Source of the DNA: Candidatus Nomurabacteria bacterium
GTDB taxonomy: Bacteria; Patescibacteriota; Saccharimonadia; JAGOAT01
Length of the DNA stretch: 64,000 nucleotides
NCBI GenBank assembly: GCA_020639315.1
Contig: JACKGM010000001.1
Coordinates: forward strand, 374,767 to 438,766
Direction: 5' to 3'
Shown: positions 1 to 9,089 of the stretch, in pieces
Layout of the letters: each line of letters opens with the position of its first letter
How positions within the stretch are numbered: the first letter of the stretch is position 1
Notes under the pieces: model-generated
Told to the model about the DNA's origin: nothing
The model's input: the letters and a program-made list of their open reading frames with translations, nothing else
Databases searched by the model: none
Made by a program: the position numbers and the translations under genes

Positions 1-66
1 CGAGGTTTTCGTAACTATCTCCTAAGTAAGCCACTAGTTCTACTGGTGTGACTAGACAAGGTTTGA

Positions 67-399
67 CCTTTACTAGCTTTTAGGCTAACTGGTTTTCGGA
101 GTTTACACAATATTTTGTATAGTCTCAGTCATAGGTACTCTCGTCCCTACAAGAAGAATGAACAATCACATATTGAGAATTTCAATAAGTCTCTAAGAAG
201 TGAATGCTTTAAACTAGGTAGCTATGATCCTAGTGATCTAGATACCCTACAGCTACAAGCAGACCAGTATACCAAACATTATATCAATAGACGCTGGCAT
301 ATGGGTCTACCCAACATGATGACTCCTGCTCAGTTTATTGAGTACTATAAACTAGATCCAGATACTGCTAGAATGAAGGTAGCAGAGATATACTGTTAG
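67..399 (+). pseudogene. DDE transposase (rve/integrase-core type), C-terminal remnant
   Basis: ORF 115-399 reads ...SRPYKKNEQSHIENFNKSLRSECF...HMGLPNMMTPAQF, which matches the C-terminal third of an rve-type DDE transposase. The frame is open only back to a TGA at 64-66, and all frames upstream carry stops, so the catalytic part is missing. Confidence 0.5.
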
Positions 400-456
400 T
401 CGCATTTGGGGTGGTACTTTACGTCCTTTTGTTCGAAATCTGATACAATAGTAGGC

Positions 457-1179
457 ATGAAGCAGCAGTCAACAGGCAGAGTTCTTGTAACAGGAGCCCA
501 GGGCGAGCTTGGCGTTCATCTCGTCCAAGCATACAAGGACGCAGGTTGGTCCGTCGTGCAACACGCTCGGTCTGGATCGGACATCAATGGTGATCTCGCG
601 GCACCCACGACTGTTGATCAAATAGCCAGCTTCGTGAAGACGGGACAGTTACACTGCATAGTCTTCAACGCATCCCATTTGGGGCGAGGGAGGCTGTGTG
701 AATATGAAGACAACGATATTACTGATCTAGTCCAATCTAATGTGACCGCCATCGCACTGTTCGCCATTCGTGTATCTAAAGTCCATCTAGCTCAACCGAT
801 CCATCTGATTCTCGTGTCTTCCATCGCTGTGATGACGGAGTATTCGCCAAACAGTCTTTACGCCCTGTCCAAGCAAGCGCAAGAAAAGGCTCTTATAGGA
901 CTCGCCGAAGAGAATCGACTGGTACGGCTTTCCATTGTTAGGCCCGGTCCTTTTGGACAAACAGCACTACTTGACCCATATTACGCCGCAAGACCTTCAC
1001 TAGTCAGCAGCACGGAGTCCATAGCTCAGCACGTAGTCGACCTGTCCAGCAGGAAGGTCGCCGGGCAAGTATCGACGATCGGTTGGCGTTACAAAATTCT
1101 CCTTTTTCTCGAAAGTTGGCTTCCACGAAGAATCTGGAAATATGCGACCATTTTGGCGAATCGCAACCGAGATACGTGA
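457..1179 (+). CDS. short-chain dehydrogenase/reductase (SDR) family oxidoreductase
   Basis: N-terminal Rossmann motif VLVTGAQGELG and catalytic YALSK (YxxxK). Start chosen at the internal Met (MKQQSTGRVLVTG); the ORF opens at 406. It lies in visibly G+C-richer DNA than the rest of the window. Confidence 0.65.
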   Translation: MKQQSTGRVLVTGAQGELGVHLVQAYKDAGWSVVQHARSGSDINGDLAAPTTVDQIASFVKTGQLHCIVFNASHLGRGRLCEYEDNDITDLVQSNVTAIALFAIRVSKVHLAQPIHLILVSSIAVMTEYSPNSLYALSKQAQEKALIGLAEENRLVRLSIVRPGPFGQTALLDPYYAARPSLVSSTESIAQHVVDLSSRKVAGQVSTIGWRYKILLFLESWLPRRIWKYATILANRNRDT

Positions 1180-1814
1180 TAGTTTCTTATGGCTCGCTAG
1201 AGCCAGGCGCAACGAGCAACTGGGGTAGCCCGTTGAGCCCCTCGGGGTTGATTCGGTGTTCGTCAGGTTGGCGGCGGCTGGCGCGATCGCTCGTCATGGA
1301 TCTCTCTCAACAGCGAGACCAGGACGAAGAGAGGGACAAGCACTTTCCTTCGTTTGCTGGGTGCACCGACTTGTCGGCAAAGTTACGAGCAGGTGCCATC
1401 TTGCAGGACGAGCGATCTGGCCGGCACACATCGTGGAATTGGGCATCGACCTACCGGTTTGCAATCCTGGGGAGTTCGAAGGAGCACGAATATGCTTAAA
1501 TCGGGTCATCTGTCCGAACCCTCTTGCACACCTTGATGTACAGATTTCGAAGCTAGGGAAGGCTCGATTTTTCTTGTCAAGTATCCACGACCAATATGTA
1601 GTATATGTGTGCAAGGACCGGCACCAAACCAATGATCAAGATCGGGGCTGTAGCGGTCGAGAAAGCGCCCGTAGCTGCAACAAGTAACGCTGCCGATTGA
1701 ATGCCGTTTGACCAACGAGCGATCGGAGGAATGTCGGAGCGCCTACCTTGTACTCCTAGACGAATATAACCAGCGATCAACAGCGTTGCATAGGTCGCCC
1801 CATAGAAAACCAGC

Positions 1815-2690
1815 ATGGTCACTGTTGAGACGTCGACACGGGTCAACCACACCAGCATGGCCGAAGCCCTTGATAAGCAAGGCTTCAAAACCAAGAAAGG
1901 ATCAAGAACCAACACCCCACCATCACGAGCCTGGGTAGCGGCAGCCCTCAAGAATCGTTACTACATCGGCAAACTGATCTACAAAGGTGCCGAATACCAA
2001 GGAAACCATCCACCGATCATCGACCCCGACACCTTCGACCGTGTTCAACAAGTACTTGCCACCAAAAGGCAGGGGGAGAAACAACGCAAACATCCCCACT
2101 ACCTCAAATCCACCATCAACTGCGGACGATGCAACGGCAGGCTCTGCTACGGCCGAAGCAAATCACGTAACGGCGACTACTACCAATACTTCTTCTGCAT
2201 CAACAGGCAAAAGAAACGCAACAACTGCGACCTCCCCTACCTACCCGTCATCGAAGTCGAACAAGCCGTCGAAGACCACTATCGCAACCTCTACCTACCC
2301 AAAACCACCCGAGACGAAATCATTGCTCTTTTTGGTCAAGCTCTGATCAAACGCAACCAGACCATCCAGACCGACATCGAACGTCAACAGGCCCGACTCC
2401 GCACCCTCGCAGACCAAAGAAAGAAGCTGCTCGCCCTCCACTACCAAGAAGCCAACCCCACCGCCCGCAGACACCTCAACCAAGCGTTCTACGACCAGAT
2501 CACCCTCGACACCGAAGGCATCACCTACCACCGCCTGACCCAGCCCTGCCAGCTGATCCTCCAACCAGACTTCATCAAGAAACTACGCACAGAAACAAAA
2601 AACCACTCCCCTCACACAGAGAGAAGTGGTTCTAGAGAGACCGTCATGGTGGGTCTGGCTGGGATTGAACCAGCGACCAATCGGTTATGA
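1815..2690 (+). pseudogene. large serine recombinase, C-terminal part only (recombinase and zinc-ribbon domains; catalytic resolvase domain absent)
   Basis: RYYIGKLIYKGAEYQGNHPPIIDPDTFDRVQ is a recombinase-domain motif, and CGRCNGRLCY...YYQYFFC...C is a zinc ribbon followed by a coiled-coil-like tail. There is no YxRxS catalytic N-terminus. The last ~15 codons (..GLAGIEPATNRL) are the antisense of the adjacent tRNA. Confidence 0.7.
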
Positions 2691-2722
2691 GCCGACTGCT
2701 CTAACCACTGAGCTACAGACCC
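2647..2722 (-). tRNA. tRNA with CAU anticodon (elongator Met or lysidine-dependent Ile2)
   Basis: The reverse complement folds as a cloverleaf: GGGTCTG TA GCTC AGTGGTTA GAGC A GTCGG CTCATAA CCGAT ... GGTTCAATCC ... CAGACCC A CCA. CCA is encoded. Confidence 0.85.
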
Positions 2723-2763
2723 TCGGGGTTTATTTTATCTCAAAAAGCTAGTTTTTGCCAATC

Positions 2764-2789
2764 AAAAACCCCTCAGGTGAGGGGTTTTT
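2764..2789. terminator. bidirectional rho-independent terminator hairpin
   Basis: aaaaacccctc-aggt-gaggggttttt is an 11-bp stem flanked by A/T runs on both strands. It sits between the tRNA and the stop of the 2808-3005 gene. Confidence 0.65.
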
Positions 2790-2807
2790 GAAATTAGCCT
2801 AAGCTAT

Positions 2808-3005
2808 CTAGGCTTTTTTGAGGATCAAAAGACCAGTCTTTTGGTTTTCAATTACTTGATAACCTTCAGGTACTGCGTCGATTGCACCATCTTTGGGTTC
2901 TTTAGCAAAGAAGTAGATAGTTTGTTTTCTACCACCCTTGAGGGTTACTTCTCTACGGTGCAAGTAGTAAGTTTGACCTCTTGAATTAGTTTGTGAATAA
3001 GCCAT
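2808..3005 (-). CDS. small conserved-looking hypothetical protein (65 aa)
   Basis: ORF with GGAGGA Shine-Dalgarno (tcctcc at 3011-3016 on the + strand) and a terminator just downstream. I recognise no family. Confidence 0.45.
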   Translation of the reverse strand: MAYSQTNSRGQTYYLHRREVTLKGGRKQTIYFFAKEPKDGAIDAVPEGYQVIENQKTGLLILKKA

Positions 3006-3101
3006 ATTTATCCTCCTTGTTAATTAATTGGCTTTTTACAGAGTGAACACTTCTGTATATGACTAGCATAGGTATCAGTCAGGTTATTGTCAAGTAAAAC
3101 C

Positions 3102-3130
3102 TTGTCAATTCGCTTAATGTTCGCTATAAT
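3102..3130 (+). promoter_or_regulatory. sigma70-type promoter of lexA (TTGTCA-17-TATAAT)
   Basis: TTGTCA at 3102-3107, a 17-nt spacer, and TATAAT at 3125-3130. The spacer carries a direct repeat, TTCGC-N6-TTCGC (3109-3113 and 3120-3124). Confidence 0.6.
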
Positions 3131-3172
3131 TAGTATGTATTATCCAATTAATTATCAAATATGGAGGGAGAC

Positions 3173-3790
3173 ATGAAAGTAGCATTAACCAAAAAACAGC
3201 GTAAGGTTCTAGATTTTATCAATAAGTTTATAGAAAAAAATGGTTATTCTCCGTCTTTTCGGGAGATCGGTAGAGGTCTCAAGCTGAGTTCGGTTGCTAC
3301 AGTCGCTCAGCATATTAGAGCGCTTGAGAAGAAGGGAATGATCAGCAAAGACAACAATGCTGCCCGTTCTATCTTGCCAGTCGAAGATGATCAATTGCTC
3401 GAGAGTGGGATTTTCTTACCAATCATGGGTAGCATTGCTGCCGGTACACCGATTGCAGCAGTAGCTGATGGGAGTGAGACACTCGAGGTGCCATCATTTA
3501 TGATTAGCGGTAATAACAACTATGTCTTAAGGGTCAAGGGTCAAAGTATGATTGAGGATGGGATATTTGATGGAGATTATGTGGTGATCAAGGAAAATCA
3601 AGCACCCAGAGATGGTGAAGTAGTAGTAGCCCTGATTGACGGAGGGGAAGTAACTCTCAAAAGGATTTATCATGAGGCGAATAGGATTAGGTTGCAACCA
3701 GCCAATAGTACGATGGAGCCAATCTATGTCGACAAGCAGACCAGTCTAGATATTCAGGGTGTAGTAGTCGGGGTAATCCGTAAGTATTAG
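3173..3790 (+). CDS. lexA: LexA repressor (S24 self-cleaving peptidase)
   Basis: N-terminal winged HTH (FREIGRGLKLSSVATVAQHIRALEKKGMI), the cleavage region IAAGTPI, and the S24 catalytic motifs VKGQSM and a later K (EVTLKRIY). Start at 3173 is preferred because GGAGG at 3163-3167 lies 5 nt upstream; the ORF opens at 3161. Confidence 0.9.
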   Translation: MKVALTKKQRKVLDFINKFIEKNGYSPSFREIGRGLKLSSVATVAQHIRALEKKGMISKDNNAARSILPVEDDQLLESGIFLPIMGSIAAGTPIAAVADGSETLEVPSFMISGNNNYVLRVKGQSMIEDGIFDGDYVVIKENQAPRDGEVVVALIDGGEVTLKRIYHEANRIRLQPANSTMEPIYVDKQTSLDIQGVVVGVIRKY

Positions 3791-3842
3791 GGTCAAATTA
3801 CAACCTTTTGCGTAGCCTTTTGGCGTGTTATAATACCTCTTG

Positions 3843-6533
3843 ATGAAACTTAAGAGGTTTGGTAGTCTCCTGGCCAGGAGTGGCTTAATATCCTTGGTGC
3901 TTTTGATGGTGATCAATTTGGCTTTGCCATTGGTGACTAGTCAGGTCAGATTAGATCAGGATGTCATCAGTGATAATCATGCGATCATTCTAGGAAAAGT
4001 GATACCCCGGGTGGATGCGGCCTGTGTGATTGACGGAGAAAATACTGATCAAGAAAGTGAAGAGGCTTGTCAAGATGCTGGAGGTCAGTGGCTATCAAGC
4101 TTAGAGGATCAAGAAGGCGGGGAAATAGACACCTGTTACCAAGGGGGACTATCACTGGGTTGGATTATCTGTCCTATTATTGAAGGGTTTACAGGGGTAT
4201 TAAATTTTGTAGAGGATCAACTAGTAGATGCCCTGGAGAATGACCCAAAGGGTATAGAGGGTACCTATGATGCATGGGTCGTTTTTCGTGATATTTCGAT
4301 AGGGGGCTTAGCTATCGTGGTAGTTTTTATGATTATTAGTAGCATATTAAGGCCAAGTGGAGATGCTGGTAAGTCTTATGATCTTAAAAGGACACTGCCT
4401 AGATTGTTTATAGCATTTGTGGCAATCTATCTATCTTTTACCATTAGCAATCTTATTTTGGATGTAGGCAATGTATTAGCGGAAATAATTAGAACTGTAA
4501 TGTTGAGGTTGCCAGGATTTGGTGGCGATGCCGGCAGGGTGAAAATATTTGATTATAGTGGTGCTGGACTGGGCTTGATACGGTCAATTGTAGATAGCGC
4601 AGCTTTATTAATAGGAATGTATTTCTTGATGACAGGTTTGCTTGGTACCGCGGTAATCGGAGTCTTGTTACTATTTTTTACAGTTGCAATAAGGAAGATA
4701 TTGGTTATACTTCTCGTCTTGTTTTCACCAGTTGCACTTTTACTTTTTGTGTTACCGCAAACCAATAGTATGTATAAAAAATGGTTTGAGAATATCTGGA
4801 GATTAAGTTTAATGTACCCCATGGTGATTGGGATTATCTATGGCTCTGAGTATGTTGCATTTTTGATTGCGAGCCAAAAAAATAGTGCTGATCAGGGAGC
4901 CGTCACGGATTTGAGCTCCTATGTAGCATTTGTTGTTAAGATTGCTCCACTATTTTTGATACCAGCTACATTTAAGATGGCGGGATCATTGGTCAACCTT
5001 GCTACCAATAAGGTGAGCGGTTTACAGAATGCAGGTAAAAACAAGTTAAATTCAGCTATTAATAGAACACCTTATATTGGTTCTGATAGTCTACAGAGGA
5101 AAGCTAGGAAGGCCAATAAGGATAAATATCGACAGGAAAAGTTTCAGAGAGCTGTATCTGGCAACTTAAATCCAGAGGAATCAAGTAGATTAAAACGAAG
5201 ACTGGGAATGTGGTCGGCTGGTGTTGGCATTAAGGATCTTGCTCGTGGTGAGGTTAAAGAAAATACACCTGAGGCCGCAGCAATTACGAGATTTGTAAGC
5301 GAATCGGATGAGATTAAGAGACGAGAGAGAAAAGAACAATATCAAGTACACACTAATAATCTAGTTGGCGACGATCTAGAGGTTTATCAGAATCTAATCG
5401 TGATGCAGCAACTATTTCGTGATATGCATGGTATTGAAGATGGTAGGAAGTTTACAGATGCTGAGCAGAGAGGTTTTATAGATTTCTATAATGGCGCAGT
5501 AGATCCTAGGCATCAGGTTGATGAAGATAGAATTCGTAGAGTTAGCAAGGCTGCGAGAATCAAATTTGATGATTTCATGTCACTAGATGGAAATCTCTCG
5601 ATCGAGGTTCTTGATAAAATGTTTGAAGGTAAGAAAGTTGACTCTATTAAGGCGCTGAACAATGCTATGATTCAGGATCCTAGTGCTGGGGGTATTGGAT
5701 TTAATATCAAGCATCCTCCAAGTTTATCCGAAAATCAGGTAGGTGCTTTATTTGCCGATATGTCTCTGGGAAAATATCGGGGATGGGCTAAGGAAAATAT
5801 GGGTCAAATGATTGGGTATGGTGCTGATAAATTGACTGCTACAGAATTCTTGGAACAAAAGAAGCAAGGATATGATATGATGGCTGAAAGGATTGAGGCA
5901 GAAACAGATCCTGCCAAGAAAGCTAAGCTTGTGAATGACTTTGTAAAAGCAGCAGAAAAAGCAGCATCTGATCCGAAGGCTGTATCAGCGGGTTATACAG
6001 ATGAAAAAGGACAACATATTATTGCTACCCTTGGGCGGATACATGCATCGCCAGCAGATATAGACTCTTTTAAGACTAAATTAGAAAACACACAACAAGG
6101 ATTGCCTCAATCATCTAGCCCTGTATCACCTTCATCATATATGACTTTAGACATTCAAGAAAGAATTTCCCGGGGAGAAGGAGGGATGTATAGTGCTGTT
6201 GGAACACCCGGAATTACTATGCAGGAGCGGGTTAATACTGTTGTTTCAACTGCTCAAGCTATCAATAATCCATACTTGAGAGATAGTGCCAATGCTACAC
6301 AACTAAGTAAGGGTGTTGCTAGACAAGCGGCAGCATTGATAGAAACCACCAGTCCAGCTGGGATTAAAGGTCAGATGACACAGGCTGAGTTTGTTACTAG
6401 GCATGGAGGGGCATTTAGTACTCCTGCAGAGGCTATAGATGCCTACGATCAATTGAGCAGTGTGATAGCAAGCATGGATGTAGATAGGAGTAGGACTACG
6501 GGTGATATTGTAGATGCAAAGTTTAGGGTTTAG
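3843..6533 (+). CDS. large polytopic membrane protein with a ~480-aa C-terminal soluble domain (function unknown; topology resembles TrbL/VirB6, unproven)
   Basis: N-terminal signal/anchor, a Cys-containing acidic segment, then about 7 hydrophobic spans and a long charged C-terminal half. TGtTATAAT at 3826-3834 lies 8 nt before the ATG. Confidence 0.55.
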   Translation: MKLKRFGSLLARSGLISLVLLMVINLALPLVTSQVRLDQDVISDNHAIILGKVIPRVDAACVIDGENTDQESEEACQDAGGQWLSSLEDQEGGEIDTCYQGGLSLGWIICPIIEGFTGVLNFVEDQLVDALENDPKGIEGTYDAWVVFRDISIGGLAIVVVFMIISSILRPSGDAGKSYDLKRTLPRLFIAFVAIYLSFTISNLILDVGNVLAEIIRTVMLRLPGFGGDAGRVKIFDYSGAGLGLIRSIVDSAALLIGMYFLMTGLLGTAVIGVLLLFFTVAIRKILVILLVLFSPVALLLFVLPQTNSMYKKWFENIWRLSLMYPMVIGIIYGSEYVAFLIASQKNSADQGAVTDLSSYVAFVVKIAPLFLIPATFKMAGSLVNLATNKVSGLQNAGKNKLNSAINRTPYIGSDSLQRKARKANKDKYRQEKFQRAVSGNLNPEESSRLKRRLGMWSAGVGIKDLARGEVKENTPEAAAITRFVSESDEIKRRERKEQYQVHTNNLVGDDLEVYQNLIVMQQLFRDMHGIEDGRKFTDAEQRGFIDFYNGAVDPRHQVDEDRIRRVSKAARIKFDDFMSLDGNLSIEVLDKMFEGKKVDSIKALNNAMIQDPSAGGIGFNIKHPPSLSENQVGALFADMSLGKYRGWAKENMGQMIGYGADKLTATEFLEQKKQGYDMMAERIEAETDPAKKAKLVNDFVKAAEKAASDPKAVSAGYTDEKGQHIIATLGRIHASPADIDSFKTKLENTQQGLPQSSSPVSPSSYMTLDIQERISRGEGGMYSAVGTPGITMQERVNTVVSTAQAINNPYLRDSANATQLSKGVARQAAALIETTSPAGIKGQMTQAEFVTRHGGAFSTPAEAIDAYDQLSSVIASMDVDRSRTTGDIVDAKFRV

Positions 6534-6626
6534 TTGACTTACGACTGTTTGATATATTATCGGAGTTTGCTACAATAAAGACATAAGGGCTATGGGTTAT
6601 TAAAATAAAATCATCATAGGAGGATT

Positions 6627-7769
6627 ATGCCAACGACCAAGAAACCAAGTGCAAGTAAGACTATTAAGACTCGGAAAGTAGCAAGTACGACTAGGGCAAC
6701 CAAACCAGTGGCTAGGACAGAGCCTAGCCAAGCCCAGCCGATGCAGACTATTGCAAACCAAACCGCCAATAGCCAACCAGACCCCGTCAGATCAAAGACC
6801 AACAAAACAGGCAATAAAAAAGTAACTTGGATTGTTTCGGTGATCATCTTGATCCTAATAGCAATCTTGGCCTACTTCCTGGTGAGGAATTTTAGGACTC
6901 AGAGATTTATTGAGAAATCTTGGCATCAAGTAGTAATAGGTGCTGATCGGTTGTCTGCGGAATTACCAGTGGACCTTAGAGATAATCAAATAGATCAAAC
7001 CATTACTTTAGCTAATGATTTGAGACTAGTAATCAAAGATCAGAGTTTTGCTAGTGGTAATAAGACGGCGATCTTCAATAATTCTACTGAGCTCAAGCGT
7101 TATCAAGAGGTTTTAGGTCGAGTCGATCAGTACAATAATCAAATCATTGAAAACATCGAATCCGATAGTCTTGATCGTGATAATCTGGAAGCTTTATCTA
7201 GTGCTGGAGAAGACCTCAAGAGCTACCTAGACTCCAAACTTTCTGAGTTTAAGTTTATCAGTGAGAAGATCAATAATGATTATTACATGGTCGATCAAGA
7301 TTTATTGCTCAAGCTAGATCAAGAGGATTTGATTGCTAGTGAAGAACAAGCCAATCAGGAAGCTGAAGCTCAGGTAGCAGCTCAGAGTCAAGCTGATCAA
7401 GAGCAAGCTCAGACTAACACTTTAGCCTTCCTCGAGGCGATGAAAAATCGTAACATCTCTGATACTCCAGCTGGGATGAAGTACTATATGACCAATGCCT
7501 ATATTCAAGAGTTCGGTCAGTCTGAGTTTGATCGGATTGCTAATCCCGACCAAGCCTATTCCAAGAATGATATTAGTAGCTATCGAATAGTCGGTACAGA
7601 GGCTCTGGATGATGGGACTGGTTATAGAGTATCAGCGAGCGTTGGCTATCATGTCGAGTATACTGATAACAACTCAGTCTATGACTATACCAGTACGATT
7701 GTTTATCGCGTAATCAAGAGCGGTTACAATAACCGTTGGGAGATAGACGGTATCATCCCTGTCAATTAG
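6627..7769 (+). CDS. single-pass membrane protein with basic N-terminus and coiled-coil/acidic ectodomain (hypothetical)
   Basis: AGGAGG Shine-Dalgarno upstream, a TM segment (WIVSVIILILIAILAYFLV), and a Q/E/A-rich coiled segment. Confidence 0.55.
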   Translation: MPTTKKPSASKTIKTRKVASTTRATKPVARTEPSQAQPMQTIANQTANSQPDPVRSKTNKTGNKKVTWIVSVIILILIAILAYFLVRNFRTQRFIEKSWHQVVIGADRLSAELPVDLRDNQIDQTITLANDLRLVIKDQSFASGNKTAIFNNSTELKRYQEVLGRVDQYNNQIIENIESDSLDRDNLEALSSAGEDLKSYLDSKLSEFKFISEKINNDYYMVDQDLLLKLDQEDLIASEEQANQEAEAQVAAQSQADQEQAQTNTLAFLEAMKNRNISDTPAGMKYYMTNAYIQEFGQSEFDRIANPDQAYSKNDISSYRIVGTEALDDGTGYRVSASVGYHVEYTDNNSVYDYTSTIVYRVIKSGYNNRWEIDGIIPVN

Positions 7770-7782
7770 CTTGTCAGTAAGC

Positions 7783-8970
7783 TTAGAGCCACTCAGGATT
7801 TGGCTGAGACCAGCCAAGATATTGACCGAGGCCACCCATATTGAGATCAGTCAACATGATGACTGGCCCGGTACTAACAAACTGGCCATTGCCAATCGAA
7901 ATCATTACGTGGCCAGCCGGCACATTGTTGGTAGGCCCGAAAAAAGCTAGTCCACCTGCTGGTACTTCTCGGCTGGCATTGATCATTTTTCTTCGATTCA
8001 TTTCCAAGAAATGGTCATAGGCTGTATGGTAGCCACTAAAAGCTCGACCATAAGCAAGGGCGACAAAACGGTCACACCAACCGTTCCAAGGCCTACCACT
8101 GTCAGGTTGGTAAGCTTTGCCTAGCTGAGCTTTGGCCCAATCTACGGCTATTAGGTTTTTGGGGTGGGCATTGGTCGAGCTAGGGGCTTTGGTAGCTGTA
8201 TCTTGCTTGGCTTGCTTTTCTCTTGGGTCAATCCCTGTATAGACACCACTAGCAATTGCTTCATCAATCTTGGATTGAGTGATTTGGTCATTGGTTGCAG
8301 CGTACTGAGCCTGTCGTTGTTCAAAGCTGGGTAGGGAGCTAGATTTGGCCAGGTTCTGATCACTATTTTGGTTGATTGGAGTAGTATCAGCTTGGTTTTC
8401 AGCTTCGATTTTTGGACAAGAGACCTTGCCAGTAATCTGATATTTTGCGAGGTCATGGTACTCGGTTGACTTGGGTTTGGATCTATTGAGTCTGGAGGTA
8501 CAGTTGAGACCCGCTTGATCGATTAAGAGTAATTGATCTTGATAGACCAAGTAATCTTGATTATTAATCGTAATTGCATCAAGTTCTTCGGTCTTTTTGT
8601 CTCTTTCACCTTTCTTACGATTGACTCTAGCTAGGCGAAACTCGGCGTCTTCTTCCGTAAGCTGGTGAGGGTCAAGCTGGTCTTGGCAATCCGGTATTTG
8701 ATTAGTAGTCTGATCTGGATCGATTAGTCCACCGTCTTCAAGTAGAATCCAGCCTGTCTGATCAAGCTTGCAACTTGCTAGTACAGTGAGGTTGGCAGGG
8801 ATGGTATAGCTGACTGCCAGCTGTTTGTCCGGACCGCGAAATACCATTTGATCTTTACTAGAACTGACTTCTGTTAGCTTAGTTTGCTCGCTACCTAGCT
8901 GAGTTGCGATTGTCCTACTGGTACCGATTGCTAGACTAAATCCCAAAAGGATTAAAATATTTTTAACCAT
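7783..8970 (-). CDS. secreted NlpC/P60-like (C40/CHAP-type) cell-wall hydrolase
   Basis: N-terminal signal peptide. The C-terminal domain has a Cys (NGWCDRFV) and a His (PAGHVMISIG), as in papain-like peptidoglycan peptidases. GGAGG Shine-Dalgarno upstream. Confidence 0.65.
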   Translation of the reverse strand: MVKNILILLGFSLAIGTSRTIATQLGSEQTKLTEVSSSKDQMVFRGPDKQLAVSYTIPANLTVLASCKLDQTGWILLEDGGLIDPDQTTNQIPDCQDQLDPHQLTEEDAEFRLARVNRKKGERDKKTEELDAITINNQDYLVYQDQLLLIDQAGLNCTSRLNRSKPKSTEYHDLAKYQITGKVSCPKIEAENQADTTPINQNSDQNLAKSSSLPSFEQRQAQYAATNDQITQSKIDEAIASGVYTGIDPREKQAKQDTATKAPSSTNAHPKNLIAVDWAKAQLGKAYQPDSGRPWNGWCDRFVALAYGRAFSGYHTAYDHFLEMNRRKMINASREVPAGGLAFFGPTNNVPAGHVMISIGNGQFVSTGPVIMLTDLNMGGLGQYLGWSQPNPEWL

Positions 8971-9089
8971 ATTACCTCCATGGCCAACAATATAGAAATA
9001 CCATTGGCGTATTAATGATTAGTGATTAGAATTGATAAAACCTTATTAATTTCATCATAGTGGGGCATAGGGATAATTGCAAGCACAGG

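Noticed and set aside
1000-1951. Overlapping ORFs in several frames within the G+C-rich segment (1000-1212, 1083-1499, 1256-1687, 1294-1632, 1354-1536, 1506-1715, 1577-1951, 1708-1938, 1987-2346, 2295-2564).
   Set aside because: High G+C naturally produces long spurious ORFs, and none shows a motif I recognise. ORF 1577-1951 (minus) looks membrane-like but overlaps the recombinase remnant. The region is best treated as decayed foreign DNA until it is searched against databases.
2640-2690. The shared GIEP[AP]T peptide at the C-termini of both serine recombinases might be a functional conserved motif.
   Set aside because: In both cases it is simply the translation of the antisense of a tRNA T-arm (GGTTCGAATCC-type sequence), so the similarity is imposed by the tRNA genes.
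3040-3060. A possible LexA box, GAACACTTCTGT, upstream of lexA.
   Set aside because: It is not a palindrome of either the GAAC-N4-GTTC or the CTGT-N8-ACAG type; only half-site resemblance is present. It also lies next to the divergent small gene's Shine-Dalgarno rather than in the lexA promoter.
4553-4822. Antisense or alternative-frame ORFs inside long, well-supported genes (for example 4553-4822, 8151-8456, 10014-10268, 13185-13433, 13676-13873, 14331-14777, 16140-16331, 17243-17509, 20026-20487, 22268-22555, 28117-28392, 29407-29676, 34561-34988, 37536-38144, 38724-39119, 46136-49312, 50837-52023, 54548-54788, 61095-61433, 62099-62323 and 63554-63805).
   Set aside because: Each is fully contained in, or opposite to, a gene with clear family motifs. 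None has its own motifs or translation signals.
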